DNA from: a virus | Virus record (IMG/VR): IMGVR_UViG_3300032236_001530 | Span: 91,229-155,228 of that record | DNA length: 64,000 nt | Direction: 5' to 3' (one strand) | In this document: one piece after another, positions 39,541-48,151 of the stretch | Position numbering within the stretch: the stretch's first letter is position 1 | How the letters are laid out: the number at the start of each line of letters is the position of its first letter | The notes under the pieces: model-generated | The model's input: the letters and a program-made list of their open reading frames with translations, nothing else | Database searches by the model: none | What the model was told of the DNA's origin: nothing | Position numbers and translations under genes: made by a program

Positions 39541-39870
39541 ATGAAATACTTATTAACATTTGAATCTTTATTTGAAGATTACTCAAAGTTTATAACCGAA
39601 GAAGATATTAATGAATCTAAAGATTCTGGTGTAACTGCTTCATTAAAAAAGAAATCAAAAGCATCTGGAATTCCAGTTGGTATTTTAAGAAAAGTATTTT
39701 CTAAAGGAATGCAAGCTTGGAACGCTGGTCACAGACCGGGTGTAGCTCAACACCAGTGGGCTTTTGGAAGAGTAAACTCATTTATTACTGGTGCTGGTGG
39801 TGCTAGAAAAGCTGACGCTGATTTATGGACTAAAGCGAAAGCCGCAAAAGCTAGAAAGAAAAAGAAATAA
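39541..39870 (+). CDS. DUF5824-like basic protein with CTS-like start
   Basis: LKKKSKASGIPVGILRKVF.KGMQAW..GHRPG...QWAFGRVNSF. Confidence 0.7.
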   Translation: MKYLLTFESLFEDYSKFITEEDINESKDSGVTASLKKKSKASGIPVGILRKVFSKGMQAWNAGHRPGVAQHQWAFGRVNSFITGAGGARKADADLWTKAKAAKARKKKK

Positions 39871-39871
39871 T

Positions 39872-39903
39872 AAAAAAACCCTCTGAGAAATCAGAGGGTT
39901 TTT
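39872..39903. terminator. Bidirectional intrinsic terminator
   Basis: AAAAAAACCCTCTGA-GAAA-TCAGAGGGTTTTT. Confidence 0.9.
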
Positions 39904-39907
39904 AGTT

Positions 39908-41338
39908 TTAAGCCATTTCTTCAATTTGAATTTCGACTTGAGCACGTTCACGAACTTCCTCAAACGTCCATTCTTTCATGACTTTACCATTTAAGAATAC
40001 TTCAACCAATTCGTCTCCATCTTCATCATGTGAATGTTCAACGGTTTGACCATTTACTAATTTCAAACGACCAGCTTTTGACTTTTTGAAAGACTGTACT
40101 CTTTCGCCTTTCTCGTTAATCTCAATTGGATTTTTACGAACTTCGGCTTCTTCACCGTTGATAGTGATAGAAGAACATTTGAAGGCGAATTTTTGAGTAT
40201 CTCTATCTACTTTTTGTAGAAGAGCACCACCCATTCCAAATGCGATGTTTTCAATTGAGAATCCTTCTTCAATCATCATATTACAGATGTCTGAGATTGA
40301 TTCATAGTTAACACCATCACCTTGGATTACTCTAACATGTGGGTCAAGTACTTTGAACCCTTTGTCGTTAGTTGTTCCACCAAACTTATCCCATAAAATA
40401 TGGAAGATTTGTTTTAGCGTTTGTACTGGATCACCTGAGTCAGGACGAATTACTAAACGTCCATCACGAGATAAGATTTTATCTCTTAAAGCTGTTCCCC
40501 AATAATCTCTACAAGCACGAATGATATCGAAAGAGTCAGATACACAAGCAACTAAGCCAGTAGGATATGAATCTAACATATTTTCCATTGCTTTGACTTC
40601 GAATGGTTCGCCCCAAGAAGTCATTGTAGAATGCTCAGAAGCTGGAATTGAGAAAGCTAGTGGATTCTCAGTATTGTAGAACTCTTGAGCGAACAAGATA
40701 GCAGGTACAGTGTCAGTTCCCATAAAGTTGATGATATGAGAAGATCCACCTAAACCAGCAGATTCTACAGAACTTACACCTCTGAAACCGAAATCATGTA
40801 ACATGAAAGCTACCACACCACTAATTTCTTCTGGGTTGTAAGATGTTGTTTTTTTAAGATAGTTGATAAGATTTTTCTTAACTTCTCTTGAAAGTGTACC
40901 AACTGTAATTGGGTACCAAACTTGTAGTAAGATACTTTCTAAGAAGTTAGTTAACCAAGGAACTTCTGGGTCAGTGTTTTCAACTGTAACAAGAACGTTT
41001 CCTGTTTTAACTACGGTTCCTTCTGGAACAGCTTTGATGCGAACTGGTAAATGTCCGTTGTGTTTGTCTAGGATATGTCTCCAACCAGATTCATTGAAGA
41101 GACCTGGTCCTAAATGGGCATCCCAAAGTTTTTTAGCTTGTTGAATTTTTTGTTCTGTTACAACTTGACCAGACAAATATTGTTTGATAAAGTATTGTAA
41201 GCCATAGAACATTGTGTTGTTAAATTTACCACCTCTTGATTCAAGATAAGAGTAAACTTTTGTTGATCCTTTCGGATACTGCTTCCAGTGTGTGGCTTTG
41301 TAACTGTCAGTCAGTGTTAAAATGTTATTGTTATACAT
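39908..41338 (-). CDS. nadV: Nicotinamide phosphoribosyltransferase
   Basis: TDSYK, HDFGFRG, SIPASEHS, VIRPDSGDP, IQGDG, FGMGGALLQ, RDT..FAFK. Confidence 0.95.
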   Translation of the reverse strand: MYNNNILTLTDSYKATHWKQYPKGSTKVYSYLESRGGKFNNTMFYGLQYFIKQYLSGQVVTEQKIQQAKKLWDAHLGPGLFNESGWRHILDKHNGHLPVRIKAVPEGTVVKTGNVLVTVENTDPEVPWLTNFLESILLQVWYPITVGTLSREVKKNLINYLKKTTSYNPEEISGVVAFMLHDFGFRGVSSVESAGLGGSSHIINFMGTDTVPAILFAQEFYNTENPLAFSIPASEHSTMTSWGEPFEVKAMENMLDSYPTGLVACVSDSFDIIRACRDYWGTALRDKILSRDGRLVIRPDSGDPVQTLKQIFHILWDKFGGTTNDKGFKVLDPHVRVIQGDGVNYESISDICNMMIEEGFSIENIAFGMGGALLQKVDRDTQKFAFKCSSITINGEEAEVRKNPIEINEKGERVQSFKKSKAGRLKLVNGQTVEHSHDEDGDELVEVFLNGKVMKEWTFEEVRERAQVEIQIEEMA

Positions 41339-41362
41339 AACTTATAGATTTATTATACAAAT

Positions 41363-42469
41363 TTACGACTTTTTTAATAATCTGTCAAAATATTCCACAA
41401 ATATTTCATGGTCTACTGATACAGAAATTCTTGATACGTTTTTCAACTTTTCTTCTGTGTTTTTGAATGTGAATTTATTCAAAGGTACACTTGAAATTTT
41501 AGCTGAAAGTAATTCATCAAATGTTTTATTGATGATAGCAAATGGTCCAGTTGGAATATCGGTATATTCATCAAATAACAAACCATTATCAGAAAGATAT
41601 TGAATGTTCTTTGTGATATGATGTTTTGTTTTCATTCTATAATTATCAAAAGCCATCTGTCCTTGATTAGAAGTAAGAAGTTGATTGATAATCTCTTGAG
41701 GCACTGTTGAAATAGAGTTATACTTATACAAAGAACGAATCTTCATTGTGTCGTACAATTCTTTATTCTTAGTAGCAATGTAACCAATTCTTAATCCCGA
41801 TAAACCAACTGATTTAGAGAATGAAGAAATAACAATTACGTTATCTGAATAAAGTTCATATATCTTATCAGACATTTCATTGAATAAATAATAGTAAGGT
41901 AAGTCAAGAATAAGAGTTTGATTTCTTTCTTTACAAATATCAGCAAAAGCTTTTAAGTCCTCAAATTTAGGCGCGTACCCTGTTGGATTTGATGGGTAAC
42001 ATAACATTACAACACCGCTAAATCCTTCAATTGGATCAACACATCTAACATTCTTGATATCAAAGTCATTAAATGTTTTGATTTCTTTACCATGAATAGT
42101 AAGAATTTTATTCCAAGAACCCCAGTGATATTTAGGAACCCAGAATGTTTTATCTGATAGTGAATTAATAACAACATCTAATGTAGCCATTCCACCTGGA
42201 ACAGTCATTACATAGTGTTCTTTAAGATGGAATTTATCTTTTATGGTTTCAATAAGGTTGGCATCACCATCATTACCACCATATTGTTGAATTTTCTTTT
42301 GATTGAAGTCAATGTTTTGAGCAAATGAATTCAAATCGATTGTTGTGACATCCATAACTCCGCGATGAAGTTTAAGATATTTATCACCTGTTTCTTTTTC
42401 TAATTTTGCCGCCAATTCACCAATCTCAACAATGGATGAATAAGTGACAGGAGAAGTGTTTACGTTCAT
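41363..42469 (-). CDS. PLP-dependent aminotransferase, class I/II
   Basis: YPSNPTG, ILDLPY, SFSKSVGLSGLRIGY. Confidence 0.88.
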   Translation of the reverse strand: MNVNTSPVTYSSIVEIGELAAKLEKETGDKYLKLHRGVMDVTTIDLNSFAQNIDFNQKKIQQYGGNDGDANLIETIKDKFHLKEHYVMTVPGGMATLDVVINSLSDKTFWVPKYHWGSWNKILTIHGKEIKTFNDFDIKNVRCVDPIEGFSGVVMLCYPSNPTGYAPKFEDLKAFADICKERNQTLILDLPYYYLFNEMSDKIYELYSDNVIVISSFSKSVGLSGLRIGYIATKNKELYDTMKIRSLYKYNSISTVPQEIINQLLTSNQGQMAFDNYRMKTKHHITKNIQYLSDNGLLFDEYTDIPTGPFAIINKTFDELLSAKISSVPLNKFTFKNTEEKLKNVSRISVSVDHEIFVEYFDRLLKKS

Positions 42470-42475
42470 ATATGT

Positions 42476-43123
42476 TTATTTTTTTAAGTCTTCAGTTTCG
42501 TATTTCCAAATGTAATCTTTATAGTATTTTTGTGTATTATTTAAACATCTTATAATTCCTTCATGTTTGATATTTAATTCACGAGCACACATTCTTATAC
42601 CATCCCATATTTTTATAAAATTACCATCTTTATCATACTGTACTATTTTTTTCTTTTTTCCTTCACCATAAGCGGTTAATTTATCTGAATGATCTTTACT
42701 CAATTTTTTACCTTTATGTGATTCTGATATTCTTTTTCTACATTCATCACTTCTGGTAAGTGTGCCATTTTTCCTTTTTATATCAATAAGCCTTTCAATG
42801 TAATCTTTTGATCTTTTAGCTCCGTTTCCACCATCACCTCCATTTGTACCGTTTGTTAGATTATTTCCTATATTTTTATAAAATTCAATCCAATATATTT
42901 CTCTTTCTTGCCAATCAGAATCAACCACTTCTTCTATAAGAATGATAACTGGTCTGTGATTTAATTTTAATAAAGATTTAATCCAATTATTTTTATGATT
43001 TTTTTCTTTTAGATTTCTAATTGTACAATGTTCATATAATCTTTTCTTTAGATCATTTTTTGTTTTACCAATGTATCTTATATCATCAGATATTGGGTCT
43101 TTTAGTGCGTATATTTTATTCAT
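42476..43123 (-). mobile_element. GIY-YIG homing endonuclease with NUMOD3/IENR1-like DNA-binding tail
   Basis: KIYALKD..RYIGKT, ERE.YWI, LTN...GGDG, RISESHKGKKLS, IVQYD..G.FIK.W. Confidence 0.85.
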
Positions 43124-43152
43124 ATTATATATATAAAATATACTAAACCATT

Positions 43153-44055
43153 TTATTTCTCTTTTACATCTTCTAAAAACATTTTTAATAATATTTTGTG
43201 TTCATTTACAATCATATCATCATTCAATTCTTCTATTTTAAAAAACTTCAACTCAGAAACATCATCAGATGGTTCAATTCTACCCCAACCTTTAGTTCCT
43301 TTGTAAAGAATTGTCATAATTTTATCTTCTTCACTTTGATATCTCCAATCTGGTACTTGAGCACTACCAATATATTCAAGACCTGTTATTACTAAGTTTA
43401 CACCCGCATCATCACTAACTTTCCTACGAGCTGTATGTTCATAACTTGTATCTGTTGGTTTAGAAAAACCACCAATAAATCTCCAAGCATCTTCATAAGG
43501 CCTTTTGGCTAAAAGAACTTTATCATTTTCCACAACAGCAACATCCACACAAGGATGTACTTTAGGATATTGATTATAAGCTTGGTAGATAACACCAGCT
43601 CTAAAGTCGGAAGAATCTTTAACCTCTGATGAAACCATTTTTCTAACTTCTGTACCGGATACAAAAGTATATTGGTCTAACTCTTGACAATCAAACTGAC
43701 CGCCACCATTTTTATAATAAGGAATAAATGAATCTCTACCACCATACATAAGAACATCACCTACAGCATACACTTCACGAATTCTTTTATCTAATTCATG
43801 TGACCATCTTTTATCATCACCGAAGTCTGGTAAAGCAAGAATAACAATATCTGGGTAGTGATGTTGAATCATCTTTTTACGGGAATCGTAATCTAGTGGA
43901 TTCTTTTTAGTACCAACAACTTTTGGTACACCTAAAAACAAAATAACTTTTTTATGATTTTTAACTACTTGGTCAATTAAGTAGTGATGAGCTTCGTGTA
44001 GTTCATGAACTTGAAATCGTCCTACTAAGGCTCCTATTGTATAGTTTTTATCCAT
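43153..44055 (-). CDS. nadM: Bifunctional NMN adenylyltransferase / Nudix protein (NadM-Nudix, NatV-like); Nudix box degenerate
   Basis: VGRFQ..LHEAH, KNPL, GGRDSF, SGTEVR; Nudix box GGF..RRKVSDDAG; ATG 44055 downstream of TATATTTG. Confidence 0.85.
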   Translation of the reverse strand: MDKNYTIGALVGRFQVHELHEAHHYLIDQVVKNHKKVILFLGVPKVVGTKKNPLDYDSRKKMIQHHYPDIVILALPDFGDDKRWSHELDKRIREVYAVGDVLMYGGRDSFIPYYKNGGGQFDCQELDQYTFVSGTEVRKMVSSEVKDSSDFRAGVIYQAYNQYPKVHPCVDVAVVENDKVLLAKRPYEDAWRFIGGFSKPTDTSYEHTARRKVSDDAGVNLVITGLEYIGSAQVPDWRYQSEEDKIMTILYKGTKGWGRIEPSDDVSELKFFKIEELNDDMIVNEHKILLKMFLEDVKEK

Positions 44056-44150
44056 GATATGATAAATTTGTTTACAAATATACAACTTTTTTAAGAATTG
44101 TTTATTTGAATTTTATTTTTTGTATAAATAAATTTAATATATATACTTAT

Positions 44151-45281
44151 ATGATAAAAGGGTATAATGGTTTTTTATTACAACAATTAAAGGCAGAGTT
44201 ATTTTCATTAAATGAAGACATCTTGTATGCATCTAGCGAGCTTATGGTAAAATTAAAAAAGATGGCTGAGATGGATGATAAAGTTGGTGAAATAGCAAAT
44301 GCTATTGTTGATACTATTGAGTCCGAAGATTGGTTTCCAGATGTCGATACTAAACAGAACTTTTTTGATGTAACTGATAAAGAAGATTTTATATCTTTTT
44401 TACCATCTAATAAAGTACCAAAAGATTGGGACCAAGATGATGATCCTGCTTTACCATATAACTCAAAAGGTAGAAGTGAAGTTAAAGTTGGTAAACTTGT
44501 AAGAGCTTTACTTAAAATTGCTGATATTTCAGATAGAGTAGATTCTTCTATAAATGATAAAGATTATGAGGATTTTGTAAATGCTTTCAAATCTCTTAAA
44601 GTTGATACATCTAGAGAATTTAGATTAGTTAACGGTGAAGATATTCACAAATATTATCAAATGAAGAACTATTATTCAAGTCATGGTTCTTTAGGTGGTT
44701 CTTGTATGGCTGATGAAGGTAAAAATACATTCAGAGTTTATACAGAAAATCCAAGAAAAGTTCAATTACTTATTTTAATTGATAGTGATGATAAAATACA
44801 CGGTCGTGCTCTTGTTTGGAAGTTAAAAGAATCTCCTTGTGAAGCTAAATACTTTATGGATAGAGTTTATACTAATGCTGACTCTGATGTAATTAAATTC
44901 AAAGCTTTTGCTGAAGAAAAAGGATTCCTTTATAAACAAAAGAATAATAGTTATGTTGAAGATAACATTAAGTTTATGTATAAAGGCAAACCTTTAATGG
45001 GTGAAGTCAAAGTGAAATTAGACGGTGACTTCAAGAATTATCCATTCATTGATACTATGTGCTTCTTGAGTAAGAAAATGGGTGATTTATCAAATATACC
45101 ATCAAAAGATTGTTACTTCTTACATTCTGTTTCTGGTGATTGTGAAGTGTGTGATAGATGTAATGGTAAGATAATAGAAGAAGATGGAGATTTCTGTAGT
45201 GAATGTGGTTCAGGTATCGAACAGTTAGAAAAATCTGGTATCAAAACTAAAATTGGTGAGAAATTAAAAGATAAAGAATAA
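44151..45281 (+). CDS. Paralog of 26242..28104 with C-terminal Cys cluster and CTS-like start
   Basis: GSCM, GRALVWKL, MDRVY, YPFIDT; CEVCDRC..CSEC; late promoter 44133-44143. Confidence 0.75.
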   Translation: MIKGYNGFLLQQLKAELFSLNEDILYASSELMVKLKKMAEMDDKVGEIANAIVDTIESEDWFPDVDTKQNFFDVTDKEDFISFLPSNKVPKDWDQDDDPALPYNSKGRSEVKVGKLVRALLKIADISDRVDSSINDKDYEDFVNAFKSLKVDTSREFRLVNGEDIHKYYQMKNYYSSHGSLGGSCMADEGKNTFRVYTENPRKVQLLILIDSDDKIHGRALVWKLKESPCEAKYFMDRVYTNADSDVIKFKAFAEEKGFLYKQKNNSYVEDNIKFMYKGKPLMGEVKVKLDGDFKNYPFIDTMCFLSKKMGDLSNIPSKDCYFLHSVSGDCEVCDRCNGKIIEEDGDFCSECGSGIEQLEKSGIKTKIGEKLKDKE

Positions 45282-45776
45282 TTATCTACCAAGATAATTC
45301 ATCAACTCAATCATATTCTTAATAGAGAATCCTAATGACTCTAAGTTTCTAACTGTATCTCTTAAAAATTCAATATAAGATTCAATTAATTCGATACATC
45401 TATCATTTTCTGCGATATGACCGTCAATTAAAATACCTTTTTCACCTAAATTTGTTTTAATACCAAATCCAGTTGCATAGAATACAAACTTATCTTGTCT
45501 TAATTTCTTAATCTTGGTAGTTTCTTTACTTCTTTTATTTAAGAAAAAGTTAATTTGCTCATTAATTTGTTGTCTAAACGACAAAGCAATAGATTGAGCT
45601 TCTAAAATTTGTTTAGAGTTTGATGGGTTACTTAAATCAACAGCTAAAACCTTAAATAACGGCTCAACATTTTTATTCCAATCAGCTCTTTTATCATTAA
45701 AAAATTCTTCTAACTTATCGTTAGTTTCTTTAACCTTGGTTATTCTATCTATTTCTTCTTGATTATAAAGATTCAT
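45282..45776 (-). CDS. uvsY: UvsY-like recombination mediator
   Basis: Helical 164-aa protein ending IEFL.DTV.NL.SLGFSIKNMIE, like the UvsY GF.IKN.IE C-terminus. Confidence 0.6.
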   Translation of the reverse strand: MNLYNQEEIDRITKVKETNDKLEEFFNDKRADWNKNVEPLFKVLAVDLSNPSNSKQILEAQSIALSFRQQINEQINFFLNKRSKETTKIKKLRQDKFVFYATGFGIKTNLGEKGILIDGHIAENDRCIELIESYIEFLRDTVRNLESLGFSIKNMIELMNYLGR

Positions 45777-46203
45777 TATCTGGTAGTATTTTTTTCATTT
45801 GATATGTTCTGTGTAAATTCTTATTATAACAAGAGCTTAAAGCATTTTCTATAACATCTTTTACTTTTGTAGAAACATCTTTGTTTATATATTCTTCTAA
45901 TATACCACTCCATTTATCTACTAACTGTTTATCTTCAATTATAATGTTTTCCATTCCATTATCATGTATCAATTCAATACAAGTATTTCTATTATCAACA
46001 ACTACTTCAATTGAATCTGAGATTCTATAACCTCTTATAGAACCATAGGATTGATTTTTATTGTTATCTTCTTCTGGTTTATCATCAATATTAAAGCTGA
46101 TATAGTAGTATCTATAACCATATTTCATCTTTTTAGTGAAACTGATTCTTTCATCGGATTCATGCTCTAATAGGAAGTGTAAAAATTCATCAATTTCCTT
46201 CAT
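45763..46203 (-). CDS. Hypothetical protein
   Basis: ORF coupled to the uvsY-like gene, behind a TAAAC-N17-ATAAAA element. Confidence 0.65.
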   Translation of the reverse strand: MKEIDEFLHFLLEHESDERISFTKKMKYGYRYYYISFNIDDKPEEDNNKNQSYGSIRGYRISDSIEVVVDNRNTCIELIHDNGMENIIIEDKQLVDKWSGILEEYINKDVSTKVKDVIENALSSCYNKNLHRTYQMKKILPDNESL

Positions 46204-46244
46204 ATTACTTTTATGAAATAAATTTGTATTTGTTTATACTGTAT

Positions 46245-46276
46245 AAAAAAACCTCTTAGATTTCTAAGAGGTTTTT
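46245..46276 (-). terminator. Intrinsic terminator
   Basis: AAAAAACCTCTTAG-ATTT-CTAAGAGGTTTTT. Confidence 0.85.
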
Positions 46277-46293
46277 ATTATAATTTTATATTA

Positions 46294-46902
46294 TTAGTTT
46301 TGAAAGTTATTGAAGCTTTTTATACCACTCATTTCTTCTTCATCTTGCATTTCTTCAGATTCTTCTTCATCTTGCATTTCTTCTTCCATTTCATTATCAT
46401 CCATCATTTCATGTTCGTCCATTTCGTGCTCCATATCGTGTTCAGGATTTTCATGACCAGCTAAGAAATCAAATACTTGCTCTAAGTTTTCAGTAGCAAC
46501 AGAGATATGATCAGAAGCCCAATCATGTTCCATTAAGATAGCATCGATATCTTCACGATCCATAGCTAACAACTCATCAACAAGTCTTTTCATTGTTTCT
46601 AAGTTACCAAAAAACATATAGTTACCTTCTTCTTGGTGTTCTTTTAATGATTTTAATGTTTTAGCTAAATTTAATCTCTTATATTTAGTAGCATCTTTTT
46701 TACCTAATTGAGCACCTGGCTTATTAGGATCTTTATCTTTAGCTTTTAATTTAGCTAATTCGGCATTAATCTCTGATTTAGAGATTTTCTCACCTTCTTT
46801 TTTACCCATAGACTTTTTCAAAGCACCTGGATTTTTGATAGCATCTTGGATCCATTTTTCACCTTTTGCTTCATTAAATGAATTAAATGATTTAATACTC
46901 AT
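46294..46902 (-). CDS. Putative internal head protein with CTS-like motifs at both ends
   Basis: MSIKSFNSFNEA...GIKSFNNFQN*; basic KWIQDAIKNPGAL domain followed by an acidic domain. Confidence 0.7.
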   Translation of the reverse strand: MSIKSFNSFNEAKGEKWIQDAIKNPGALKKSMGKKEGEKISKSEINAELAKLKAKDKDPNKPGAQLGKKDATKYKRLNLAKTLKSLKEHQEEGNYMFFGNLETMKRLVDELLAMDREDIDAILMEHDWASDHISVATENLEQVFDFLAGHENPEHDMEHEMDEHEMMDDNEMEEEMQDEEESEEMQDEEEMSGIKSFNNFQN

Positions 46903-46952
46903 ATTCAGTTTTTAATTTTTTTTTTATATATTAAATTTATATATTGATTTTT

Positions 46953-48113
46953 TTACTTTAATACTGTAACTACTTCTGGGTAGTATTCTGCAATTTCTGG
47001 ATTTTTACCATCATAGTTTATATCAGAAAGTACATACCTCATAGCATTTAATCTACCTATCTTTTTATCATTTGAGTTAATAATAACCCAAGGTGACATT
47101 CTACTTGATGTTTTTGTAAACATTTGGTTTTTGAAGTTACCTATTACTTCCCACTTGTCTAATACTTTAGCATCATTTGGTGAGAATTTCCAATACTTTA
47201 AAGGACTTTGTTGTCTTAGCTCAAATCTTTTGATTTGTTTTTCCTGTGTGATAGAAAACCAGAACTTAATTAGTATTAAACCATTACTTATTAAATCTTC
47301 TTCCCAATCAACAACTTTATCCATAAAGTCTTTATATTGTTCTTCTGTGCAGTAACCCATAGCGGGTTCAACAACAGCTCTATTATACCAACTTCTATCA
47401 AAGAAAACTATTTCACCTGGTTTAGGTAAATGCTTTTCATATCTTCCAAACCAATTTTTCTTTTCTTCTTCGGTTGGTAGACCTAAAGCCACAACTTTAA
47501 ATCCTTTTGGATTCAAATATTCTGTAAATCTTTTAATTGTTGAGCCTTTACCAGCAGAATCTCTACCTTCAAATACAATAGCTACTCTTTTTTGGTTCTT
47601 AATAACCCATTCTTGTAATTTTAATAACTCAACTTGTATTTGGTATTTTTCAGATTCATATTGTTTTCTTGGAAGAATCGAGCCTTCACCACCTGGTATC
47701 TCAAATTGTTCACCAGATTCAGGTTCACCAGCATTTTTTACTTGTTGAATTCTTTCTTCAATTGATTGATAATACTCATCAAATGCTTCTCTTACTTTTC
47801 TTTTAGTATTTCTTTTTCTTAGTTCTAAAATCTGATTTACTTTTCTAAGAAATGCTTCTACGTTTAACTCTTGAATAAATTCTAATGTATATTCATTTGT
47901 TAATTCTCTCATTATAACTTTAATATCAATTTTATCAAAGTTTTTATATTCTATTTTATTAGTAAGTGTGTTATAATGTATATTGGCTAATATGTATGTA
48001 CGATATTCATTAAGTCTAAACATAAAATGTTCTTTTGTAGACTTTAAAGTTGCATCATCTAGTTTAGAGATACTTATTTCTTCATTAATAAATTTATTAA
48101 AATCGAATATCAT
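46953..48113 (-). CDS. ppk2: Polyphosphate kinase 2 with about 140-aa N-terminal extension and CTS-like start
   Basis: FEGRDSAGKG, FDRSWYNR, IKFWFSI, WKFSPND; starts MIFDFNKFINEE. Confidence 0.92.
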   Translation of the reverse strand: MIFDFNKFINEEISISKLDDATLKSTKEHFMFRLNEYRTYILANIHYNTLTNKIEYKNFDKIDIKVIMRELTNEYTLEFIQELNVEAFLRKVNQILELRKRNTKRKVREAFDEYYQSIEERIQQVKNAGEPESGEQFEIPGGEGSILPRKQYESEKYQIQVELLKLQEWVIKNQKRVAIVFEGRDSAGKGSTIKRFTEYLNPKGFKVVALGLPTEEEKKNWFGRYEKHLPKPGEIVFFDRSWYNRAVVEPAMGYCTEEQYKDFMDKVVDWEEDLISNGLILIKFWFSITQEKQIKRFELRQQSPLKYWKFSPNDAKVLDKWEVIGNFKNQMFTKTSSRMSPWVIINSNDKKIGRLNAMRYVLSDINYDGKNPEIAEYYPEVVTVLK

Positions 48114-48151
48114 AATATAATAAGGTTTGAATTATATATTAAAGTTGAAAA

